Assembly (NCBI GenBank): GCA_002371705.1
Contig: DFGI01000068.1
Span: 16,911-80,910, forward strand
Source: Bacteroidales bacterium UBA3754
GTDB taxonomy: Bacteria; Bacteroidota; Bacteroidia; Bacteroidales; UBA1715
Reading direction: 5' to 3'
DNA: 64,000 bases
The notes under the pieces were generated by a model that saw only the letters and a list, made by a program, of their open reading frames with translations, ran no database searches and was not told where the DNA came from. The position numbers were made by a program, and so were the translations under genes. Of the stretch, positions 41,054 to 50,315 are shown in pieces. Each line of letters opens with the position of its first letter. Within the stretch, counting starts at the first letter, position 1.

Positions 41054-44000
41054 TTATTCTTCCATATTGATTTCAACCGACTGCGATTCCTGCGCCTTTT
41101 GAGCCATTTCTATGTCGGTAATTTCATCAAGCGTGTCATTTACTTCGCTAATAATTCCGTCATCTTGGATTTTGTAATGCTGCAACACATTCTGCAACGT
41201 GTAGCGTGCTTGGAACAATTCGTTTCGTTCCATAAAAATTCGTGCCCACAAAATGTAGGATTTACCCAACCAATATTGGTGCGGAGAACTCATTTCCAAG
41301 AAGTTAAGTATTTCTCGTTCAGCATCTTCGTACCGTTTTTGAGCAAACAATATCGATGCTACCCTATATTTTGCCTCGGAGCCTTCCAAAGTTGAAAAAT
41401 CCAATGCCACCGTGCGGTATTTTACCAATGCGTTGGTTGTATCGCCCAATGAGTCGTATGCCATAGCCGCCTTCATATTCGCCATACGTTTGTCATTTTC
41501 TGTAACTTTTTCCGTCACAATGAAATTTTCAACAACGGCAACCAATTTCGAATATTCCTGTAATTTATCGTATGCAATAACCTGTAACTTACGCGACAAC
41601 AGCACGTTAGGTTTCAATTCGGCGGTAGTTTCCAATTGCGTCAAGTACGGAACAGCTTCCTTATACAAGAAATAATCCATCAAAATCTGTGAGGTATATA
41701 CCAGCGATTGTTCCGTAAATCCACTCTTGGGCTGCGAAAGAACATATTCAAAATGTGGCAACGCATCTTTCTGATAGCCACGTTTATACATACATTCGCC
41801 TAAATAATAATGCACGTTTATTTTGAAAAATCCATCGCCATATTTTTGCAAATAGCTCTTCAGCAACGGCATAGCCTTATCGCATTCGCCGTCGAGGTAT
41901 AATTCCTGAGCGACCTCAAAACTTAGGGAATCAAGCTGCGCTTCGGTTATATTGTCGTAACCACCAATTTGTTTCAGATAATTCGAGAACGAATCTATGT
42001 CGTTTTTCTTTCGATAAATATTCTGAATCATATTCAACGCAGTCATTGCTTCCTGTGAGCCAGGATATTGCTCCACAATGCCTTTGTACATTGCCAACGC
42101 CTCGTCGATATTGGAACTATTGTATTCGATGAGTGCATACTGCAACAAGGCACGTTTTACGTATGAACTTGATTTATAATTATTTATAATATTCTTATAA
42201 TTTTGAATTGCCTTATCGTTCTGCCCCGTTTTCATATACGCTTCAGCTTGTTCGTACAGCGCATCATCGTAATATGCAGAATTTTCGTAGGTTTTGAGGA
42301 ACGAAGCAAGAGATTCGATTTTTCCCGTGTGGTTTCCATCAAGCCCTTGACAAAAAGCCTTTTGGAACAATGCATATTCCACATCGAAGCGACCAATTTT
42401 TTCCGCTTGATTGTAATATTTTACCGCTTGCGAAAAATCCTTCATCATATAATAACTGTCGCCCGTGCGAATCAACGCATCGGTGAACATATCGGATTTA
42501 TTGTCCTTTGCAATGTCAATATATTTACGGAACCACATTGCCGCCGATGGATACTGGTCGTTTTCAAAATATGTGTATGCTATATTATAATGTGCACGTT
42601 CATATTCATTTGTGCCAAAAGCGCCCTGCATTACAATAAAATCCTTGTAGAATTTCTGCGCATCATCGTATTGGTTCAATTTATAATACGATTCAGCCTT
42701 CCAATACGTGCAGTATGCATTCACCGTACGGTCATAAATACCGTAAGTCATTGATTTATCAAGCATTTGGATTGCCGCTGTGTAATCAAGGTTATTGAAC
42801 AATTCCAAACCTCTGTAATAAGCAATTTGTTGATACGCCATTTTTAAATCGCTGGTAAGCGTGCCAATTCCCTCAAGCGAAGCAAGTGCGTCGCCATAAT
42901 TTTTCGACGACATATATATTTTTGCCATCAACCCATTCGCTTCGTCTTTATATTTCGATTTCGGATAGGTTTTCATAAAATTCTGCATCGCAGTAATTGC
43001 CTCATTAAAAGGCGCGAACGAAAGTTCGTAGGTCAGTTTTGCATAACAAAACATAGCATCTTCCTTGATTGTCGGGAACACGTCGTAGTGCATACAAGCA
43101 TAGAACACGTTGCGTGCTTTTTCCTTCTGCCCCATTTTCAAATAGCAGTCAGCCATGTGGTAATAGGCGTTCTGTGCAATTGTGTCGTTTTCCGAAGTGA
43201 CTTTTTGAAATTTTTCCACCGCATTTTGGTATTCGCCCAAACGGTAATACAACTGCCCGATTTCGTAGTATTCAATCTTGGTTGGAGCTGGCGACGAAGC
43301 AAAATATTTTTCGTAATACGGCAATGCCTGCTGATATTGCATTGTTTTATAGTATGCGCCAGCCATCACACGATATACATCGCCCAAATATTTCGGATTG
43401 ATTGACGTTTCAACCTTTTTTCCATATTGAATCAGTTTGTCATATTCCTTATTTTGATAGTAAATCTGGCAAATATATGGAGCCACAACAGGCGAAAACA
43501 TTGACGAATCCGACAATTTTTCAAATCCTTTCATAGCCTCATCATAGTGACCATCAACATATTCCAAGTACGAATAATAGAACAACGCATTTTCGGCGTA
43601 TGGCGAATTTGTGGCATCTTTCACTTCGCGGAACAGCGGTTTCGCCAACTCATAATACGATGATGTTTCCGCATAAATAGAAGTTGTTTCACTGCCAGCG
43701 GATTGTTGTTCCAAATCGTTGATTTTATAGTAGCAATACCCTTTTTTGTAGAACAACTCCATACACTCTATATTTGTAAATCGTTGCATATCAGTATTTT
43801 GATATGCATCAAGAGCGGCTTTGTATTGTTGTTCGTGGAACAAATAATTTCCCAATTCAAAATACGCCTTAAAGATGCGTGGATATTCTGGATTGTCGGC
43901 AATGAAGCGCGTTACCACAAACTGACCGTCTGGGTTGAACAACCGCAGGGCGCACAACGCTGAATAAAATTCCGCGTCAATTTTCTGTTCGCGGGTCGCG

Positions 44001-44176
44001 GAAGCATTCGATTGCAAAAATGCGAGAAAATGTTGTTGCGCCGCGCTATATTTTTGATTTTCAAACAAATTCAGTCCCAATTGAAATTCATTGGACGACA
44101 TTGTATATTTTTGAGCCGTGGAGCCCATGCACCAGCCCATCAACACGACGAATACCGTAAGTTTCAACTTGTTCAT
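41054..44176 (-). CDS. Very large secreted tetratricopeptide-repeat protein (~1040 aa)
   Basis: Signal peptide MNKLKLTVFVVLMGWCMGSTAQ from the ATG at 44176. Dozens of 34-aa A/Y/L-patterned repeats, e.g. YYRLGEYQNAVEKFQKV and YLKMGQKEKARNVF. Confidence 0.8.
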   Translation of the reverse strand: MNKLKLTVFVVLMGWCMGSTAQKYTMSSNEFQLGLNLFENQKYSAAQQHFLAFLQSNASATREQKIDAEFYSALCALRLFNPDGQFVVTRFIADNPEYPRIFKAYFELGNYLFHEQQYKAALDAYQNTDMQRFTNIECMELFYKKGYCYYKINDLEQQSAGSETTSIYAETSSYYELAKPLFREVKDATNSPYAENALFYYSYLEYVDGHYDEAMKGFEKLSDSSMFSPVVAPYICQIYYQNKEYDKLIQYGKKVETSINPKYLGDVYRVMAGAYYKTMQYQQALPYYEKYFASSPAPTKIEYYEIGQLYYRLGEYQNAVEKFQKVTSENDTIAQNAYYHMADCYLKMGQKEKARNVFYACMHYDVFPTIKEDAMFCYAKLTYELSFAPFNEAITAMQNFMKTYPKSKYKDEANGLMAKIYMSSKNYGDALASLEGIGTLTSDLKMAYQQIAYYRGLELFNNLDYTAAIQMLDKSMTYGIYDRTVNAYCTYWKAESYYKLNQYDDAQKFYKDFIVMQGAFGTNEYERAHYNIAYTYFENDQYPSAAMWFRKYIDIAKDNKSDMFTDALIRTGDSYYMMKDFSQAVKYYNQAEKIGRFDVEYALFQKAFCQGLDGNHTGKIESLASFLKTYENSAYYDDALYEQAEAYMKTGQNDKAIQNYKNIINNYKSSSYVKRALLQYALIEYNSSNIDEALAMYKGIVEQYPGSQEAMTALNMIQNIYRKKNDIDSFSNYLKQIGGYDNITEAQLDSLSFEVAQELYLDGECDKAMPLLKSYLQKYGDGFFKINVHYYLGECMYKRGYQKDALPHFEYVLSQPKSGFTEQSLVYTSQILMDYFLYKEAVPYLTQLETTAELKPNVLLSRKLQVIAYDKLQEYSKLVAVVENFIVTEKVTENDKRMANMKAAMAYDSLGDTTNALVKYRTVALDFSTLEGSEAKYRVASILFAQKRYEDAEREILNFLEMSSPHQYWLGKSYILWARIFMERNELFQARYTLQNVLQHYKIQDDGIISEVNDTLDEITDIEMAQKAQESQSVEINMEE

Positions 44177-44343
44177 ATTACTATACACTATAACGCACAA
44201 ATTTGAATAAAAAAAACTGTCGTTCTTCATTGTTGTACGGTAAGTTTTCAAAAACTTATAAACTTCACATTTTATGGAATATTTTTTTGACAAAAGCCAG
44301 ATATTTTACTACATTGCGGCATATTTATCAAACTGTGGCAAGT

Positions 44344-45711
44344 ATGAAGAAAACTAAATTCGCGAATATTTCCGAATATCTCAAAAGTCTTATCAACATA
44401 AGCAACGACTGCGATGCGGAATCAACAATCCAAAACATTTCGCAAAACATTGAATTTAAAGGTGTTAACGTATGGATTCTTGTCTTTGCGATATTCCTTG
44501 CTTCAATTGGATTAAACGTGAACTCCACTGCGGTTATCATTGGCGCAATGTTGGTTTCGCCGCTGATGGGACCAATTATGGGCTGTGGTTTGGCAATTGG
44601 CATCAGCGACTTGAAAATGCTGAAAAAATCATTGAAGAATTTATTAGTAATGACTATCATAAGTCTTTTGGTATCGACACTGTATTTCACACTTACCCCG
44701 CTCAGCGACGCACAGTCGGAATTGTTGGCACGAACCCGCCCCACAATTTTCGATGTGATGATAGCTTCATTTGGTGGATTTGCTGGAATTGTGGCATCAT
44801 CACGCAAAAAAGAAATGACCACCGTGGTTTCGGGCGTTGCCATCGCCACAGCCTTGATGCCGCCGCTCTGCACAGCAGGATTCGGACTTGGCACGGGACA
44901 AATCAATTACTTCTTCGGTGCTTTTTATCTGTTTTTCATAAATTCATTCTTCATTGCACTCGCCACATTCTTGATTGTGAAATATTTACATTTTCCAGAA
45001 TTGGTGTATGTTGATGAAAAACGCCGTAAAAATGTACGCCGCACCATCGCAATATTTTCCATTATTGTGATTACGCCAAGTATTTTTATGGCTATCAATG
45101 TGGTTCAAGAAGCTGCAGTAAATTCATATTCAAGAAAATACATCTCCGACATTGAACAAAATGAATTATTTCCCGAAGTTCAAATCATTAAACATTCCGT
45201 TGATGTCAAGGCGAAAAAAATAGAACTCGCCTTTGTGGGAAAAGATTTGACCGACGAGCAAACGCAATATCTACATAAACACCTGATAGACTGCGGTTTG
45301 GATGCGTTCACACTCAGCATAAAACAAGCTGGTTCCCAGACCATGGATCTTAACAAACAATCGCAGTTCATACAAGATTTGCTCGACAAAAAAGACGGAG
45401 AATTAATGAAAAGCGATTCTATCATCAACGAGTTAAAGTTGCAAATATCTGATTTACAAGTGAATTCAAAAACAAATATGTCAAAGTTCGCCAAAGAACT
45501 GACCGCATTGCGACCGAGTATCAAAAAATTCACATTCGGCAAAAACGACCAATACAATATGAGCAACGATTCGGTGGTAAACACTCCTATCATCACAATG
45601 TACTGGGAAACGCTGCCCGACCATGCAAACCAGGAATTGCTTGAGTCGTGGATTCGCGTCCGTTTGGAAAATCCGGCAATCATTATTGAAAACAAACTCA
45701 TAAATCATTAG
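44344..45711 (+). CDS. DUF389-family membrane protein with a C-terminal soluble extension
   Basis: From the ATG at 44344: GVNVWILVFAIFLASIGLNVNSTAVIIGAMLVSPLMGPIMGCGLAIG and SGVAIATALMPPLCTAGFGLG. Confidence 0.7.
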   Translation: MKKTKFANISEYLKSLINISNDCDAESTIQNISQNIEFKGVNVWILVFAIFLASIGLNVNSTAVIIGAMLVSPLMGPIMGCGLAIGISDLKMLKKSLKNLLVMTIISLLVSTLYFTLTPLSDAQSELLARTRPTIFDVMIASFGGFAGIVASSRKKEMTTVVSGVAIATALMPPLCTAGFGLGTGQINYFFGAFYLFFINSFFIALATFLIVKYLHFPELVYVDEKRRKNVRRTIAIFSIIVITPSIFMAINVVQEAAVNSYSRKYISDIEQNELFPEVQIIKHSVDVKAKKIELAFVGKDLTDEQTQYLHKHLIDCGLDAFTLSIKQAGSQTMDLNKQSQFIQDLLDKKDGELMKSDSIINELKLQISDLQVNSKTNMSKFAKELTALRPSIKKFTFGKNDQYNMSNDSVVNTPIITMYWETLPDHANQELLESWIRVRLENPAIIIENKLINH

Positions 45712-45826
45712 TAATACACTATAAATCAAACAATTAATCGGTTGAAAACTCTGTTATAAAAGAATAGCGACACGCACTATATCTGATGAAAAACAAATAA
45801 TTTTGCAAATATAAATTTTGAACGAG

Positions 45827-47233
45827 ATGAAAAAATTTTTGTTTGCACTAATCGGTGTCGCCCTCTCCTGCGGGCTTTTCGCACAGAATCAAAACGAATT
45901 TAAGATATATGGCAAAATCAAGGCGGCAAATGGTCCCGCCGAAGGCGTTGCCATAAAAGTGACGCAACGTGGCTATAAATTTTCAGAAACGACCACCGAC
46001 GCAAAAGGTGCGTATGAAATATATCTGCCGTATGGAAAAAATTACGTCATCACCTACACTATCGACGGGTTCCAGACTATGACCTTCGAAGCATTGATGG
46101 AATTGCCTTCGAACGCGCCACAATGTTGCTACCGTCCGTTGGAAATTTCGTACCACCTGTTCAATCCCGATGCAAAATACAAGAAATTGTTCGACAAAAC
46201 CTTCCACGTGATTGCCTACGAAAAGCAATACAAAGGTTTCAACTACGACCTTGACATTGATTATATGATTCAGCAACGGATTGTGAACACCGAACTATTT
46301 GAACAACAATTGCAATTGGCGAAAAACGGGGCTGAAAGCAACAAAGATTCAATTAAGGCGGAAAAACGCTATATGGCGCTCATAAACCAAGGAACCGTTT
46401 ATTACGAGAAATCGCAATTTTATGCGGCAAAGAAATTTTTTACCGAGGCCACCAAACTGAAGCCCAACAGATTATATTCATATTATAAATTAGAGGATAT
46501 TAAAACCGAACTCGACCGTTTTGAAACCAAAGCGGAATTATTGGGCATCAACATTGATTCGCTCATAGCGCAGGAATTGGCGCAAGCTGAGGAAGACGAC
46601 GACGGGCCAAAGACATATCCAGCCTATGTTCCCCTCACCGACCAACAAGTTGAAGAGATTTTCCGCACCGAACTGCAAAAACAAGTATATGCGTCAAGTT
46701 CAAACGTGGCGGAAGGCAACCGCACAATGCGCCTGATGGACGAATTTTTCAGCGAGGAAACTCGTAGAAACACAGCCATTGCCCAGAAAGAGCCGAAAAA
46801 GAAAGAAAAGAAAAAGAAGCCTGAACCAGAACAAATTGTTGCAAAGGAAGAACCGAAACAGGAACAAAAACAAACACCTATCGATTTGTCGCAAAAGCCA
46901 ACAACCAAACCAGTTGTGGCAAAAACCGAACAACCAGTGAAAAAAGTCGTGGATTTTGTGACATATCAGGATTCTTTGATGCATAAATATCCAAACGAAC
47001 GTACAATTGAAGTGACGCAAGATGCGCACAAGAAAACTACCCGCGTATTTATGAACGACGGAAAACGAGTTGACATCTATACAATGGTGGAACACACGTG
47101 GGGAGCAACCTACTACTTCCTTGAGGAATATCCAACGGGAACCACAAGCATTGGTTACGCAGCGTTCGTCAACAAAACAAAATTGACGGATTTAAATAAT
47201 ATACAACCAACACAACCAGCTGACAATCAATAG
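45827..47233 (+). CDS. Secreted hypothetical protein (CarboxypepD_reg-like N-domain, TPR-like segment, K/E/P-rich linker)
   Basis: Signal peptide MKKFLFALIGVALSCGLFAQ. YGKIKAANGPAEGVAIKVTQ...DAKGAYEIYLPYGKNYVITYTIDGF. Low-complexity stretch KEPKKKEKKKKPEPEQ. Confidence 0.5.
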   Translation: MKKFLFALIGVALSCGLFAQNQNEFKIYGKIKAANGPAEGVAIKVTQRGYKFSETTTDAKGAYEIYLPYGKNYVITYTIDGFQTMTFEALMELPSNAPQCCYRPLEISYHLFNPDAKYKKLFDKTFHVIAYEKQYKGFNYDLDIDYMIQQRIVNTELFEQQLQLAKNGAESNKDSIKAEKRYMALINQGTVYYEKSQFYAAKKFFTEATKLKPNRLYSYYKLEDIKTELDRFETKAELLGINIDSLIAQELAQAEEDDDGPKTYPAYVPLTDQQVEEIFRTELQKQVYASSSNVAEGNRTMRLMDEFFSEETRRNTAIAQKEPKKKEKKKKPEPEQIVAKEEPKQEQKQTPIDLSQKPTTKPVVAKTEQPVKKVVDFVTYQDSLMHKYPNERTIEVTQDAHKKTTRVFMNDGKRVDIYTMVEHTWGATYYFLEEYPTGTTSIGYAAFVNKTKLTDLNNIQPTQPADNQ

Positions 47234-47256
47234 GTTGTTTATTTCACCACACAAAA

Positions 47257-47290
47257 TACGGCATAGATTTTCTTTCTTTGCCGTTTTTTT
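47257..47290 (+). terminator. Probable intrinsic terminator
   Basis: AACGGCA / 15-nt loop / TGCCGTT, with T7. Confidence 0.45.
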
Positions 47291-47297
47291 GTGTCAA

Positions 47298-47305
47298 TAA
47301 TTTTG
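47298..47305 (+). promoter_or_regulatory. -7 box TAATTTTG for the ECF sigma gene
   Basis: Matches TAnnTTTG, 28 nt upstream of the ATG at 47334. Confidence 0.4.
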
Positions 47306-47333
47306 TATTTTCACCCGATTTTTAATTGCGAAA

Positions 47334-47882
47334 ATGGACTCTTCAAAAACAAAAGAACTTTCAGATGCAGAATGGAACGAGAGATTCCAGTCCATTTATC
47401 AGCAATATTACGCTAAATTGTGCATCTATGCGACCTCTATCCTCGCCAACGACGAAGAATCAGAGGAAATCGTGCAAAATGTTATATACAAATTATGGGA
47501 ACAACGCGAAAAGTTTAATGAAATAGAAAATCTTCAGTCTTATTTGTACCGTTCAGTTAAAAACCTCTGTATCAACATAATAAATCGTCAAAAAATTGAA
47601 GACAAATACAAATCTGAAGCATGGTTTGAATTGAAAAACATTGAACTACACGCCATTGAGCCGCTCGAAAACAACAATCAAGAACAAGAAAAAAAACTCT
47701 ACGAAGCCATTGAGCAACTCCCCGAACGATGCAAAGAAGTGCTTTTGTTGAGTAAATTTCAAGGAATGAAAAATAAAGAAATCGCAGAGCATCTCGATGT
47801 GTCGGTAAAAGCCATAGAAGCCAGTATTACACGGGCATTCACGTTGCTGCGAAAAATGATGAACAACCCAAAAAACACTTAA
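47334..47882 (+). CDS. ECF-type RNA polymerase sigma-70 factor
   Basis: 182 aa. Region 2 FQSIYQQYYAKLCIYATSILANDEESEEIVQNVIYKLWEQREKF. Region 4 LPERCKEVLLLSKFQGMKNKEIAEHLDVSVKAIEASITRA. Confidence 0.85.
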   Translation: MDSSKTKELSDAEWNERFQSIYQQYYAKLCIYATSILANDEESEEIVQNVIYKLWEQREKFNEIENLQSYLYRSVKNLCINIINRQKIEDKYKSEAWFELKNIELHAIEPLENNNQEQEKKLYEAIEQLPERCKEVLLLSKFQGMKNKEIAEHLDVSVKAIEASITRAFTLLRKMMNNPKNT

Positions 47883-47990
47883 AGTTTTACTTGAGGCAAA
47901 CTACATAATGTGATTTTTTGTTAATAATTTGAAAAGACACATAGGGATTTTAGAAAGTTATTTGTCTTTTATTTGTAAATCGAATTTGAA

Positions 47991-48932
47991 ATGATACCTA
48001 ACGACAACATAGAAAAGTATTTGGCTGGGCAAACCACAGTTGCAGAGACTGAGGAGCTTCTTCGTTGGGTCAACGAAAGTGAAGACCACAAAAAAGAATT
48101 TACCGAAGCCTGCAAACTTTGGTATGCGCTGCAAGCCAATAAATACAACAGCGACAAGGCATTTGCCTCGTTTGTCGCATCGCATACGCCCAAACCAGCA
48201 AAAGCTAAAATATTCCCTATTTGGAAGAAAATCAGCGCAGTGGCTGCCGTGGCGATTCTTACCATTGGCTGTTTTACGCTCTTCAACAAACAGCCAGAAT
48301 CAATTACCGTGGCAAACAACAATGCGACTGTGGAAACCGTCACACTACCCGACGGTTCAACAATTTACCTACAAAATGGCGCATCAGTAACGTATCCCGA
48401 AGAATTTGCGGCTACAAGCAGAACAATTTCCGCAACGGGTAACATTTTCTGTGAAATTACACGAAACGAAAAAGCTCCTTTTACTGTCACAAGTAATAAA
48501 TTGACAATCAAAGTATTAGGAACATCATTTCAAGTAAATTCCACCAATAACGCATATGTTGTGGTTGAAACAGGAAAAGTACAGGTTTCAACTGATACAC
48601 AATCGGTTATCATAGAAAAAGGCGAACGTGCCGATTTGACGAACAACACACTTGTAACGACCACAAACACCGACCTCAATTTCCTTTCATGGAAAACTGG
48701 TTTGTTGCAATTCCGCAATACAAATTTGAGTCAAGTGTTTTCAGATTTGGCACGGCATTACAATTGTGAATTTGCATATACAAAATCGTGCGCCGATGTT
48801 GCAAAAATGAATTTAACCGGCACCTACCAAGATTTGCCTCTTGCCCAAGTGCTTCAAATGATTGAAGCGGCGATTCCAGAATTTCATTACGAAATCAATG
48901 CAAATGTAGTTCTTGTTAGCAACAGTAAATAA
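47991..48932 (+). CDS. FecR-family anti-sigma factor (single TM, periplasmic FecR domain plus a DUF4974-like C-terminus)
   Basis: N-terminal IEKYLAGQTTVAETEELLRWV. TM helix ISAVAAVAILTIGCFTLF. LPDGSTIYLQNGASVTYPEEF. C-terminal LTGTYQDLPLAQVLQMIEAAIPEFHYEINANVVLVS. Confidence 0.85.
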   Translation: MIPNDNIEKYLAGQTTVAETEELLRWVNESEDHKKEFTEACKLWYALQANKYNSDKAFASFVASHTPKPAKAKIFPIWKKISAVAAVAILTIGCFTLFNKQPESITVANNNATVETVTLPDGSTIYLQNGASVTYPEEFAATSRTISATGNIFCEITRNEKAPFTVTSNKLTIKVLGTSFQVNSTNNAYVVVETGKVQVSTDTQSVIIEKGERADLTNNTLVTTTNTDLNFLSWKTGLLQFRNTNLSQVFSDLARHYNCEFAYTKSCADVAKMNLTGTYQDLPLAQVLQMIEAAIPEFHYEINANVVLVSNSK

Positions 48933-49049
48933 TTCAGCATCAACACAGTAGCCCTCTTCGAGTTTTTTTTTGTATGCGTATAAATCTTTATCAATACCAC
49001 TTATTACAAATAAATTCGTATCTTGTCACAGTTTTGATGACAAGAGGTT

Positions 49050-50315
49050 ATGAATATAAAAAAATGCATACTATGCGTTAGTGCCTTGATTTCGTTCATG
49101 GCATCGTATGCACAAACCATAACCTACTCAGCATCAAACAAATCGCTCACCGACGTTTTGCACGACATAGAACAAATCAGTCCCTACCGATTTTCATACA
49201 ACAGCGATATAATCCAAGCCGACAAAACAATTTCTATCACCATTACAAACGCCTCAATTAACGCGTTTCTGGCAAAGATATTACCTAGTAAGTATAATTA
49301 CTCTATTGTCGGCACACAAGTGATTATAACCGAAAAAAAACAACAAAACATAGTACAAAACAAACGTCCTCCAACACAATCACAACAAAAAGAAAAAACA
49401 ATACTTGTATATGACACCATTCAAGTTATAGACCATGTTACCGTGGTTGACACAATTTTTGAGAGGAAACAAGTGATTGATACCCTGCAACATGTGGAAG
49501 TTGTGACGCAACAACTTTACGAAACGAGTAATTTACACTCTCGACAAAACAGTTTAACACTATCGTTGCATTCTGGTCCACTATCAAACAGCATCAAATT
49601 TTACAATAGTGAATCAAAAAAACTTTTACAAGAAAATCATTCATCCACATTGAGTTACAACATTCAATTCAACATAAGCTACAAGAAAAAAGACTTCGTT
49701 TCTTTTATCGGAATTGACTATTATAACAACAGATTGCGCAGTTTCTACACAACAACAACATACCAAAACGATTCGAAAGAGACATACACCGACACATTGT
49801 GGTTTTGGAAATACAGAGAAATATTCACTTATTACAAATTCTCAGAATCCGGTGATTCTGTGCGAGTTACCGCACTCGACTCAATCTATACATACAAACT
49901 TGCGACACATCAGAAAAAGATTGAAGAAAACAATTACACCAACACAACCCTTTCGTGGCACTATATTTCCATTCCAATTGGCATCGGATTGCACTTTACA
50001 CCTACCAAAACATTTGTAGTTCAGCCATTTATATCGCTCAACACAATGTTGATGGTTGCCGCAAAAGGCGAAATATTCATAAATTCCGATGAAATATATC
50101 CACTTTCTAAAATTTTGAAACCCGTAACGTGCTCAAGTACAATTGCTTGCAACCTAACCTATGCCATTGAAAAGAAATTTGCAGTTTCTGTACAGCCATA
50201 TTGCCTAATAACTCCGTCGATTTTCAAACAAAACGACTGTGATTTTCAAGGATTTATGGCACATTTCGGACTTAATTGGGGATTCCATTACACAATTCCG
50301 TATGACATCTACTAA
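49050..50315 (+). CDS. STN-domain protein with a small putative C-terminal beta-barrel; no TonB-dependent plug or 22-strand barrel
   Basis: Signal peptide. STN-like ITYSASNKSLTDVLHDIEQISPYRFSYNSDIIQADKTISITITNASINAFLAKILPSKYNYSIVGTQVIITEK. A Q/K-rich linker is followed by ~280 aa of alternating strands ending HFGLNWGFHYTIPYDIY. Confidence 0.6.
   Translation: MNIKKCILCVSALISFMASYAQTITYSASNKSLTDVLHDIEQISPYRFSYNSDIIQADKTISITITNASINAFLAKILPSKYNYSIVGTQVIITEKKQQNIVQNKRPPTQSQQKEKTILVYDTIQVIDHVTVVDTIFERKQVIDTLQHVEVVTQQLYETSNLHSRQNSLTLSLHSGPLSNSIKFYNSESKKLLQENHSSTLSYNIQFNISYKKKDFVSFIGIDYYNNRLRSFYTTTTYQNDSKETYTDTLWFWKYREIFTYYKFSESGDSVRVTALDSIYTYKLATHQKKIEENNYTNTTLSWHYISIPIGIGLHFTPTKTFVVQPFISLNTMLMVAAKGEIFINSDEIYPLSKILKPVTCSSTIACNLTYAIEKKFAVSVQPYCLITPSIFKQNDCDFQGFMAHFGLNWGFHYTIPYDIY

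Noticed and set aside
44177-44343. Over-extended N-termini in the ORF track (here the TPR and DUF389 ORFs overlap head to head). The same issue occurs at 16608-16745, 25699-25767, 26898-27062 and 37568-37594.
   Set aside because: Internal ATGs give proper signal peptides or family-typical N-termini. In several cases a TAnnTTTG box lies inside the extension, so the extensions are treated as non-coding promoter regions.
44328-44906. 192-aa minus-strand ORF
   Set aside because: It is antisense to the conserved TM core of the DUF389 gene and is the mirror image of a hydrophobic region.
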